Shown: positions 1-9,221 of the stretch, piece after piece
Position numbering within the stretch: the first letter of the stretch is position 1
How the letters are laid out: each line of letters starts with the position of its first letter
From: Glycera tridactyla
Lineage: Eukaryota
Reading direction: 5' to 3'
DNA length: 64,000 bases
Assembly (NCBI GenBank): GCA_965644265.1
Contig: OZ286465.1
Span: 86,366,001-86,430,000 of the forward strand
Made by a program: the position numbers and the translations under genes
The notes under the pieces: generated by a model
The model's database searches: none
Told to the model about the DNA's origin: nothing
Seen by the model: only the letters and a program-made list of their open reading frames with translations

Positions 1-371
1 AGTTTTCTCGCAGCTTGCTACTTTCTTGTTTGGCATGATGCTGCTAATGTGGAATGTACAAAATTATTTTTTTGTGGCTTACGCTGGCTTCCGCGCAAAA
101 GCCGACTTCCGCGTTTTAGTCTTACCCAATAGAACTGCATCTGCATTGGAGGTAAGTCGACAGATCTCGCAAGTCTCGTAGTCACATGTCAGTGAATGGC
201 CAAAAGCAGGCCGATCTGCCGACACCCCCTCCCCGGACTGAAACTCCGATCTAAATGTTGCGACGCCCGAAGGCGCCGCAAAAAAGAACCCAACTCAACC
301 ACGCGCCACTCTATTGGAGGTAGAAGTGAGTATGAATAGAATGGAATCAGATAAGTATGAGCATAATTTGA

Positions 372-720
372 ACTGGTTGGTTGGCTGTTTCCGTCCGGTG
401 AGCATCGCCTGGGCTATACTGTGACGTCCATGCAATGGGCACGTATCGGACCATTCATGACACCCCCTTCTAGGTCCCTAGCACGAAGTGAACATTTATG
501 AATTTCAAATCCATGTTTAATAATCAATCCAGAGGTCCCTAGCACGAAGTGAACATTTATGAATTTCAAATCCATGTTTAATAATCAATCCAGAGGCTTG
601 CCTATGAAATGGATCTGAGCGATAAACCAGTTAGTTGGTTGGTTGTTGTGGTTTAATCTCACGTCAACACAGTGTGCGATATTGTCACGTCCATGTTTAT
701 GCGGGGAGGCATGGATGGGG
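372..720 (-). mobile_element. SINE-like family A, two partial copies
   Basis: (GTTG)n tail then tgtgacg/acccatg(caatgggca) core shared with 7230-7400, 7945-8095, 8221-8410 and 42950-43060. Confidence 0.55.
472..596. repeat. Perfect 61-bp tandem duplication
   Basis: 472-532 equals 533-593, followed by AGG. Confidence 0.95.
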
Positions 721-994
721 ACATTCAAGACTCCTCCTATTAGTTTCAAACAGGAGGTGGTAGTGATCTATTTGTTCAAAGATGTTAATGAGTTCGAGAA
801 AAATGATTCTAAATCATAAGAATCTCCTGAGAAGGTGGTCCACCAAAATATTGACAGAATCTAGTCCAGTCATCTGCTTTGTCCCTGGATGGGCTTCCAG
901 GATCTGGTGATGTATGCATGCTCATTACAAGTGAAACGCAAGAAAGCTACCTAACAACTACCAGCCCATACCAAAACGGATGTGTATAGAGTGC

Positions 995-1197
995 TGTAAT
1001 ATGTAAGCTCTACTCACAGTCCCATAGCGCTGGATGCTTGTGGATTCTTCTGGGGCCCCAGGTCTTGCTTCACTTCCATGTGGTAGCCATCTCCAAGATG
1101 GCCGCTACTTCCGCTTCCTGTTCCCTACTTCCTGTTCCGGGTTAACTACTCTAACTGTGGTATGTGACTTTCTGATATGTATAGTCCCAATATGACA
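995..1197 (-). repeat. Complete 3' LTR (203 bp)
   Basis: Plus-strand termini TGTAATAT...ATATGACA (7/8 inverted repeat, TG..CA), directly abutting the PPT. Confidence 0.9.
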
Positions 1198-1210
1198 TCC
1201 CTCCTCCTTT
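1198..1210 (-). other. Polypurine tract
   Basis: Minus strand AAAGGAGGAGGGA immediately before LTR start TGTCATAT. Confidence 0.85.
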
Positions 1211-1531
1211 GAGATAAAAGCTCCCTGGACAGTCACAGTTCTGTTGGAACATCAGGGTAACAGTTTTTTGATAAAGTCCTTGTGTTTGGCCATCGTTTAC
1301 TGACTCTCTGCGTGTCCAATCATTGCTAGTGTCATCAGGTAAATTACTACGAATCCAGTTAGTGTCCATGTCACTGAAGTTGGTCCACTACAAATCATTT
1401 ACAGCATCTATATGTATCCTTTGATGTGATGTGCTCTAGCCTAAGCCTAATGAATCTAATCTAATCACAGAGGCCCCATCATTTGGTCTTGGAGTGGGTT
1501 GGCCTCACTGCCCACTCTGGTTCCGACTGGG

Positions 1532-4500
1532 TTAGGCATCGTCCAGGTTTCTCCCCACAACATAGTCCTTGAATCTGTTGGGGAGTTGACCACTGGTCGC
1601 CCTCCGTGGTCTGGCAGCCGGTTGCTCTCTGGCTAGTGCTGCTGCCGCATGAGGGCTCTTCGACGGGCTCGGCAATGGTACCATTCCGCTGGCGCTGTGT
1701 TCTTGGTCACCATCTGTGCTCATGGGTGTCTCGGCGTACTTTTTGACGTGTGATGTGTTCCGCTCATATTGAGCGCCGCCTGGGGTTTCCAGAATTATTT
1801 GGTTTCCTGATTTGCCGATTACATCACACGGGACCGGGTGGAAGTTTGTGTCCAGTTTCCCTGGTGCCTCGTTTTTCCATAGCGCCTTGTCACCAAGGCA
1901 AACCTCTGATTCACGGGCATTCCTGCTTTGGTCGGCATACATCTTTGCCAGCCCCTTTCTTTCTGCATCTTGGTCCCTCACTTCCAAATCCACCTGGTCC
2001 TTTATCAACTCTGGCATTTTCGTCCTCATGACTCTCCCGAATAGCAGTTCTGCTGGGCTCTTGCCGGTGGTGGCTTGCGGCGTTGCTCGATACGCTGCCA
2101 TGTAATCGACCATTGCTCTCCTCCAATCGCCCCCCTCTGCCCGGGCTATTCTCATCCTCTTTAGGAGGGACTGGTTTTGGCGTTCCACCTCCCCATTTGC
2201 CTGTGGCCATCGCGCCGTCACTCGGTGGTGTCGAATTCCCATGTGAGCAAAATATTCTGCCATCACCTCAGACCTGAATTGTGGCCCATTGTCTGATGAG
2301 ATTGATACAGGTAAACCGTGTCTTGCAAATATGCGATGTAGTGCATCCAGTGTTTTTTCTGCTGTTATACTTCTCATCACCTCGGCCTCGTAGTATCGAC
2401 TGTAATAGTCTATGATGACGAACACGTGTTCCCCGCCATCAAGCGGTCCCAGGAAATCCATTGCCAAATCTTGCCATGGGCCTGCTGGCAGTGGTGTACT
2501 GCGGATCGGCTCTGGGGGATCGGCCCTAGCTGAAATTTGACAGCCGTGACAGGACTTGCAGAACTTTTCAGCCTCTCTGTCCATGCCTGGCCACCAAACT
2601 CTGCTGCGCAGATTCTGCTTCGTTGCTACGATGCCCAGGTGCCCCTCATGTGCTAGCGCTATGATACGTGGTCGCATCTTCCGTGGTACCACTATACGAG
2701 CTCCTCGGAGGATCAGCTTCCCGATGATGCAAAGCTCCATGCTCACGGCGGTGTACATCTTGTCAGGGCTTTTGTCCCACCTGCTTGATTCAATGCATTC
2801 CCGTAGTGTTTGTAGCTCTTCATCCTCACCCGATGCTCTTTCCATTTCTCGTGTCGTGACAGCTCGGGGAGTTGCCGTGATTGCCACAAACCTGACATGA
2901 TTTTCTGCTTCTTTACCTTGTTTGCTCGGCTCCTCTGCTTTTCCTGGTTGCACTAGCCTTGAGAGAGGATCCGCTATGTTGTTCTTTCCCGGGATGTGCT
3001 TCACTGTGAATGAGTATGGTTGCATCCTGAGCACCCACCTTTCAATCCGTGCGCAGGGTTTGGACGTAGGGGCATATATGGCCTCCAGTGGTTTGTGATC
3101 CGTCACTAGTTCGAATGGCATTCCATATAGGTATGGATGAAATTTTTCACAGGCCCACACTAGTGCCAGAGCCTCCTTTTCTGTTTGGGAGTAGCGTCTC
3201 TCCACTTCACTGAGGCATTTGCTTGCGAAACATATGACTCTCTTCTCTTTTCTCTGCTCCTGGACTAAGACAGCCCCAAGTCCAACCGGGCTTGCGTCAG
3301 CGATGACTTGTGTTTTTGCTTTCGGGTCGAAGTATCCCAATACACTTGCTGTTGCCAGTGCATGTTTCAGTGATTCAAATGCGCGCCTCTCGGCTTCTCC
3401 GAATATGAAGGCTTGCCCTTCTCTCGTCAGCCTCCTCAGCGGGTCTGCTAGTGTGGCCATGTCTGGGATGTATCGTTCACAGAAGTTCAGGAGTCCCATG
3501 AAGCTGCGCACTTCCGTTGCTGATTCTGGTTCCCGGGCATTCATCACGGCCTCCACCTTGTCCTTGGCTGGGTTTATGCCTTCGGATGTGAGCTTGTGCC
3601 CCATGAAAACAAGTTCTGACACTCCAAACCTGCATTTCTCCTTGTTGAGGGTCAGCTTGGCTTTCTGCAGTCTCTCAAACACCTCTCGCAGTCGTCGGTC
3701 ATGTTCCTCCATGGTCCTCCCGTGGACAATGATGTCGTCTGAGATGTTGGCGACTCCTGGTATCCCTTGTATAACCTTGTGAATTTCATTTTGGTATATT
3801 TCTGATGCCGCGCTGACTCCAAAGACCAACCTCTTATATCTGTATAGTCCACAGTGAGTGACAAAGGTGGTAATGTAGCGGCAGGCTGGATGCAGTTCAA
3901 GCTGGTGATATCCCCATCTAAGGTCCAGTTTAGAGAAGATCCGGCTCGTGCTCATCTCCTGTAACACTTCTTCTATCGTGGGTATGGGGTGTCTCTCTCT
4001 GATGATTGCCTTGTTAACCTGCCTCATGTCGAGGCATAGCCTTAGGTCACCACTCGGTTTCAGAGATATTACCACTGGACTGACCCACTCGGTTGGCCCT
4101 TCGACCCTCTCGATGATATCCTTGTCAAGTAGCTCCTGTATCTTCTTTTCCACTTGTTCTCTCAAGCCAAAAGGTGTTGGCCGCCTGGGCTGTGCAACGG
4201 GTTTCACCTCTGGGTCAATCGTCAGTTTAATCTGTCTATCCTCCAGTTTCCCTACTCCGGTGAAGAGTTCCTTGAATTCAGGGTATTTGTCCTCGTTTTG
4301 ACTGGATACGCTGTTGACCCCTATTCCGATTTTGAGGACTCCTAGTTTCTCGGCCGTATTGCGACTCAGCAGAGGTTCTCCTTGTCCATCAATGACCACA
4401 AACTCTGCGTCTTCTTCACGATCTCCGGCTCTCACTCTCGCTGAGAAGCATCCCAGTGTTGGTAGTGGTTTGTCTGATGTGTAGGCATACAGCTTACGGC

Positions 4501-5545
4501 TGCATCTCCTTGAATCACATACAATCTTCCTCGACTTGAACTCTTCCCATGTGGGCTTGTCAATGATGTTACTGTCGCTCCCTGAATCTACAGTGATGCT
4601 CGTGGCAACGCCCCCGACAGTGATCGGTATCCGGTTGCTGCATGTTCCCTTGCCGATGCTCTGAATTCGGAATGCATAGCCGGCAGTTTCTTCTTCGCTC
4701 CCCTCTTCTTCGACTTGTCGGACGTGTCCTCTGCCTTGCTTCTTTTCTTTTTGGCCGTCATTCCCCTGCCTCTGAGAGCGGCACACTTTGGCAAAATGGT
4801 TCATGCCACCACACTTAGTGCAGGTCTCCCCACGGGCTGGACATGACTTGTCCCTGCCGTAGTGTCCAGTATACCCGCAGCGGTAACATTTATCACCATT
4901 CCGGCGCTGCTCATCCTTCCGCGTCTGGTCCTGCAGCTTGTTGACAGACCCGTCGATTTTCATGGAGGACATCTGAGTCTCCACGGCTTCCAAGTTTGCT
5001 GCAGTTTTGAGGGTTTCTTGTAGAGTCAAACCTTCCCCCTTCTCCAACAGCTTGCGCCTGAGTCTGTCTGACTTGCAATGATCCACCACCTGGTCGCGGA
5101 TCTGGTTGTCATTGTCATCCCCATATTGACACCCTACCGATGCCTTCTTCAGCCGTACAACATACTGTGCTATTGTCTCATCTCCCTGTACAGTTTTTCT
5201 AAATAAGTGTCTCTGGTATGTGGAATTTGGTCTAATAATGAACAAATCGCTCAATGCATCAACAGCCTTGTAGTACTCCTTATTGGCCCCCCTCTTGTCC
5301 GATGGGAGTGTTTTGAAAATTTGTCTAACCTCAGCACCTGCTGTGAACAGTAACAGCGCCCTTCTCTGCTGCTGACTGGTATCATCCTTCTCCTCACGGT
5401 CAGCTATGAATAGTCCTTTGCTGTCCGCGTACGCCTCAAACTCTTCAATCCATGCCTCCCAACGTAGGGACACAGAGCTGGCATCCCCTGTGGGGTCAAA
5501 TGGTTTCATTCCTTTGAGATCAGATATATCCATTTGTTGGGCCAT
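1532..5545 (-). CDS. Gag-Pol polyprotein, 1337 aa from the first ATG (ORF track starts at GTG 5572)
   Basis: Two Zn knuckles (CYRCGYTGHYGRDKSC, CTKCGGMNHFAKVC); protease VDSGS; RT LRLCLDMR and NISDDII; RNase H DASPVGLGAVL and TDHKPL; integrase HEGH..CHGC, DFLG, SDNGPQF, NGEVER; no stops or frameshifts. Confidence 0.95.
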   Translation of the reverse strand: MAQQMDISDLKGMKPFDPTGDASSVSLRWEAWIEEFEAYADSKGLFIADREEKDDTSQQQRRALLLFTAGAEVRQIFKTLPSDKRGANKEYYKAVDALSDLFIIRPNSTYQRHLFRKTVQGDETIAQYVVRLKKASVGCQYGDDNDNQIRDQVVDHCKSDRLRRKLLEKGEGLTLQETLKTAANLEAVETQMSSMKIDGSVNKLQDQTRKDEQRRNGDKCYRCGYTGHYGRDKSCPARGETCTKCGGMNHFAKVCRSQRQGNDGQKEKKQGRGHVRQVEEEGSEEETAGYAFRIQSIGKGTCSNRIPITVGGVATSITVDSGSDSNIIDKPTWEEFKSRKIVCDSRRCSRKLYAYTSDKPLPTLGCFSARVRAGDREEDAEFVVIDGQGEPLLSRNTAEKLGVLKIGIGVNSVSSQNEDKYPEFKELFTGVGKLEDRQIKLTIDPEVKPVAQPRRPTPFGLREQVEKKIQELLDKDIIERVEGPTEWVSPVVISLKPSGDLRLCLDMRQVNKAIIRERHPIPTIEEVLQEMSTSRIFSKLDLRWGYHQLELHPACRYITTFVTHCGLYRYKRLVFGVSAASEIYQNEIHKVIQGIPGVANISDDIIVHGRTMEEHDRRLREVFERLQKAKLTLNKEKCRFGVSELVFMGHKLTSEGINPAKDKVEAVMNAREPESATEVRSFMGLLNFCERYIPDMATLADPLRRLTREGQAFIFGEAERRAFESLKHALATASVLGYFDPKAKTQVIADASPVGLGAVLVQEQRKEKRVICFASKCLSEVERRYSQTEKEALALVWACEKFHPYLYGMPFELVTDHKPLEAIYAPTSKPCARIERWVLRMQPYSFTVKHIPGKNNIADPLSRLVQPGKAEEPSKQGKEAENHVRFVAITATPRAVTTREMERASGEDEELQTLRECIESSRWDKSPDKMYTAVSMELCIIGKLILRGARIVVPRKMRPRIIALAHEGHLGIVATKQNLRSRVWWPGMDREAEKFCKSCHGCQISARADPPEPIRSTPLPAGPWQDLAMDFLGPLDGGEHVFVIIDYYSRYYEAEVMRSITAEKTLDALHRIFARHGLPVSISSDNGPQFRSEVMAEYFAHMGIRHHRVTARWPQANGEVERQNQSLLKRMRIARAEGGDWRRAMVDYMAAYRATPQATTGKSPAELLFGRVMRTKMPELIKDQVDLEVRDQDAERKGLAKMYADQSRNARESEVCLGDKALWKNEAPGKLDTNFHPVPCDVIGKSGNQIILETPGGAQYERNTSHVKKYAETPMSTDGDQEHSASGMVPLPSPSKSPHAAAALAREQPAARPRRATSGQLPNRFKDYVVGRNLDDA

Positions 5546-5601
5546 CCTGTCTCGTAGACAAATATAATCCACTCAAAACGTACTCCAATGCGTGCCTTGG
5601 G

Positions 5602-5616
5602 TCCTCTTCGTCGCCA
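5602..5616 (-). other. Primer-binding site, tRNA-Ser(GCU)-like
   Basis: TGGCGACGAAGAGGA one base after the LTR end; the first 9 nt are complementary to the ...UCGUCGCCA 3' end of tRNA-Ser(GCU) (from memory). Confidence 0.7.
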
Positions 5617-5617
5617 C

Positions 5618-5735
5618 TGTAATATGTAAGCTCTACTCACAGTCCCATAGCGCTGGATGCTTGTGGATTCTTCTGGGGCCCCAGGTCTTGCTTCACTTCC
5701 ATGTGGTAGCCATCTCCAAGATGGCCGCTACTTCC
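5618..5735 (-). repeat. Truncated 5' LTR (118 of 203 bp)
   Basis: Identical to 995-1112, then diverges; the counterpart of 1113-1197 is absent. Confidence 0.9.
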
Positions 5736-6500
5736 AGTTCTGTTCATTTTTGGAAAGATCATGCACTGCCAGTCACTATCAAAACAACCATGGTCATTTG
5801 TGTGTGTTCACGGATATATGTCGTCAAAGCTATCACATGGTCATGTAGACCCAGATTTAAATCAGAAATTGGTTATGGTCAACAGTGTAAAATTCCTTTC
5901 TGGAATACAGGAACACCATGAATCCAATGACACTGACCCACCCCTAGGCAGTCAACTGGGGTCCTCGTAAAAAAGCATCATTTGATTAGTTGTTTGAATT
6001 CATCAGTGTGCGGTAATTTTATGCAAACATATATCATATCGATTGAATCAATCTATGAATCAATTTCATCAATCGAATAAATCCATGAATTCATTTCATC
6101 GATCGACAATGACAAATTGCTGTGTATGAAGCAATTAATTGTTGCTAGTCACTATTGCATAAATATGCTTTCATCGTGAATGAACTGATAGCGTTGCAAC
6201 ATACAATAGTATTGTTGGGTAGAAGTGTCATAGTTATGTCTGATGATTGTCTCAAAGTGACCGACGAGTACAAGTCATTGTACCTATTGTATATGGATGG
6301 CTCAGCACAAACTAGGCTGACTTCCTATGAATATATGAGCCTAGTTTTGCGCTTAGCCATCGATATGTTCTTGTGATGTGCCCGTTCGGGTTGATTGATT
6401 GATCGGTTGTTCATAATCCCATGATATTCAAACACTAGGGTGTCTAAGTTGGACTCATATCAATCAATGTATTAATATTTCAACATCGATTTACTTTCAG

Positions 6501-6653
6501 GGGACGTTCTTCCTGCTCGGATTTGGTATCTGCGCTGCCATGCTGGCACTGTTTGTTGAATCTCTCTGTCGATTCAAGAAGACCAAAGCTATACTAAACC
6601 TTAAGAATTGTTCACGTCACTCACAGAAACACCAGGAAACAATCAACAAATGA
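6501..6653 (+). CDS. Putative terminal exon of an ionotropic-receptor/iGluR-like gene (last TM helix plus tail); may be a pseudogene fragment
   Basis: ttactttcag|GGG; GTFFLLGFGICAAMLALFVESLCRFKK...NK*, matching the G-x-F-x-L-L-x-x-G...E pattern of the final IR helix; upstream exons not established. Confidence 0.45.
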   Translation, partial: GTFFLLGFGICAAMLALFVESLCRFKKTKAILNLKNCSRHSQKHQETINK

Positions 6654-6762
6654 CTGTCAGAACTGAGAAGTTGGTTGATTGATTGACTCGCAAACACAAC
6701 ATGAGTTATATTGGGATATCCCGTGGACAGTAGGTCTTACATGTGCATGCGATTAACACAAA

Positions 6763-7085
6763 GTTTGTTTGTTTGTTTGAGGTTTGACGACATGTATCAA
6801 CCCACAGGATTATGTATGCCGTGTGTTCCTGGTCAATGAAAGCTAGATGTTCTCTCCCCTGCAGACATCACTCTCACAAACCCTGGATACAAGATGATGG
6901 GGAACAGGAAAGGTTGTCAAGTGGAAGTAGCCGACAGTTCAGACACACCTCTACCTAATCTTCATGAACAAAGTGAATCTAACTATGTAACTGGCTGGAA
7001 GCTAATACTCAAGCCTGATAGCAATACTTTTTTTTGCAAAGCGTAGCGCTTGACACTAGGAAAAGCATTAGATTCGGAGAATACT
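6763..7085 (-). mobile_element. SINE-like family B copy with (TTTG)n tail
   Basis: catgtatcaacccacaggattatg...gacagttcagacacacctct core also at 18170-18350, 29795-29968, 31656-31950; partial match at 8683-8790. Confidence 0.7.
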
Positions 7086-7229
7086 CGGATTAACACAAAG
7101 CATTGCAGTATATTGCTATGCTATGCTATGCATTCTGCACATGGATGACTTCTTTTCAGAAGCACAATGCTACAAACACCCAAGCAATAGCTTTGAACCA
7201 TCGCCGATTCACTTCAACGGACCTATCAT

Positions 7230-8410
7230 ATTGGCCGGTTGAGCGGATATGATTTAACGTCATGTCAGCTCCATTTATGCAATATTGCGACGCCCATGGA
7301 ATGAGCACGTGTGGGATCATCCATTATTCCCACTAGGTATCCAACAGAAGGAGAAAATTTATGGAATTCAGACACTCGAGGTGTCATTTCTGTTATTAAA
7401 AATGTTTACCATGGTGTTACCCTGGGAACATGGGATTGATTCACATGGCTTCCGTTGGTCAGCTTTTTTTGGCCACTGTATTACGCAGTGATTGCTTCAC
7501 TGGGCCTCCACTTGTCCGGAGAACCTATCATGGTCCTGAAAGCAATGGAATCAACCACATCTGGGTATTCAGCACAATTCTTTTGTCTTTTTGCTTGATT
7601 CTACTGATGAAGAGGCAGGAGTGACATCCCAATCACAAGGACGACGAATATTTTGAAGATCAACTGCATTCATCAACAACCTGGATCAGGTTTGATTGAG
7701 GCTATTCATTCCATGTTCCTGGTCAATTCCTTCCCACGCACCACCAGGGACTGGAACAGCCCGGAGACAGATCCGCTGCTCTCTCTCCAGCTATCAATGT
7801 CTTACGGGCCTGGATGAAGCAGCTCCATGCCTAGATCACAGCCATCATGTTTTCAATGTGCACTACTTCTTCCACGTTGAAGCTCAAACTCATTATGTTG
7901 TTAGGTCCGAGCTTTGTTTGAATGTGACCGCCTCTCGTGTGGTACGTTTTTTTGTTGGGGGTTTAACGATACGTCAGTTCCACTTGTGCTATATTGTGAC
8001 GCCCATGCCTTCTGGGTCCCTAACACAAGTAACAGAAGGCGAAATTTTATGAAATTCACAGACACTCGAGGTGTCATTTCTGTTATTCGTTGTGCAGATT
8101 AGGCTTAGAAAGAGGTTTAACCATACATAAGAGCAACACTCTCGTGTGTCTCCTGATCCACTGATGCACAATTTGTCACATTTGGTTGTACCTCTCACCA
8201 CTGACATTGTACCCATTTGGAAGTTGGTTGCTTGGTTCTGGTTTAATGTCACGTGAGCACCATTTGGACAATATCATGATGCCCATGCAATGGGCATGGT
8301 TGGGATCTTCCAAGACTCTTCCTTCTGGGTCCCAAACAGGTGAGAATTCATGAAATTCACAGACACTCAAGGTGCCATTTCTGCAATGCCCACTTTGTCG
8401 CCTCTAATGA
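7230..8410 (-). mobile_element. Cluster of three SINE-like family A copies (7230-7400, 7945-8095, 8221-8410)
   Basis: Shared gacgcccatg...atgaaattcacagacactcgaggtgtcatttctg core. Confidence 0.65.
7625..7830 (+). mobile_element. Degraded 3' end of a CR1/L2-group LINE
   Basis: 7725-7763 encodes NSFPRTTRDWNSP, close to the SFFPRTIRDWNxLP C-terminal motif of these LINEs; frameshifted. Confidence 0.6.
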
Positions 8411-9146
8411 CACATAGGGAAACTCAGAAGAAGCTAGATGTCTCAACATGAACATGAACTACAAGTGGGCATGTGGCTGTAGAGAGCTTGTTCACTCTAT
8501 GAACTACCACCGTGGTCATGGTCCATGATGGAGTTTGTTGGTAGGTGGCCTTGGTACTAAGGTGGTCACTAGCATCTTTGATTGTGCATACAGATGGCAG
8601 GGAATCTCATAGGTTGTCTAGTGGGTGTGGTTGACAGTCTACCTCTTTCACATGAATATATTGAACCTAATGATGGCTAAGCTAACTATGTAACTGGCTG
8701 GAAGCTGAGACCCAAGTCTGATAGCAATGCTTTCTTTTCGAGTAAAGCACAGTGTTTGAAACAAAGAAAAGCATCAGGTTTGGAGAATTGGACAGAAGGT
8801 TGCATGGACGGAATAATGAGAAAAACACACCGAGCATAGATACAAATTGGGGATTTATTTTTGTCATATTTACAAGAGGCCGACTGAGAAAAGTACAAGA
8901 ACCATATCCTTCACACCATATACACAACATGAAAAGTCATGAAAGAACAAAAACCTAATATAGGATCAATACAAGGTCTTCTCATTGCAGGATTGGTGAT
9001 TCATACAAAAGGCCAAAAGCCTACCTGGTCATTCTTCATTTTCAAGCTGCTAGAGTCATGCCATCCAAAACTTTGTTTAGCTCAAGATTGTTGAAAGTTT
9101 AGAATAAATTCCCTTGTCAAACACAAATTTCTCTCCTGCTCTCTTG

Positions 9147-9221
9147 CACACACACACACACACGTGCACGCACACACACACACACACCACACACACACAC
9201 ACGCACGCACGCACACACACC
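9147..9221. repeat. (CA)n/(CACG)n microsatellite
   Basis: Direct inspection. Confidence 0.95.

Larger units (their letters stand above)
995..5735 (-). mobile_element. Ty3/Gypsy LTR retrotransposon (Mag/SURL-like), near full length, 5' LTR truncated
   Basis: 118-bp identical direct repeats at 995-1112 and 5618-5735; PBS next to the right repeat; PPT next to the left LTR; single gag-pol ORF with domain order PR-RT-RH-IN. Confidence 0.95.

Noticed and set aside
1151-1369. 72-aa ORF downstream of pol as a possible env or accessory gene
   Set aside because: Short, runs across the PPT into the LTR, no signal peptide or TM segment
1750-4794. Several ORFs overlapping gag-pol on the opposite strand or in other frames
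   Set aside because: Shadow ORFs of a GC-richer coding region with no motifs
6155-6376. ORF beginning KYAFIVNE as an iGluR S2 segment
   Set aside because: Only vague motif resemblance, no splice sites linking it to 6501, and no KW/C motifs
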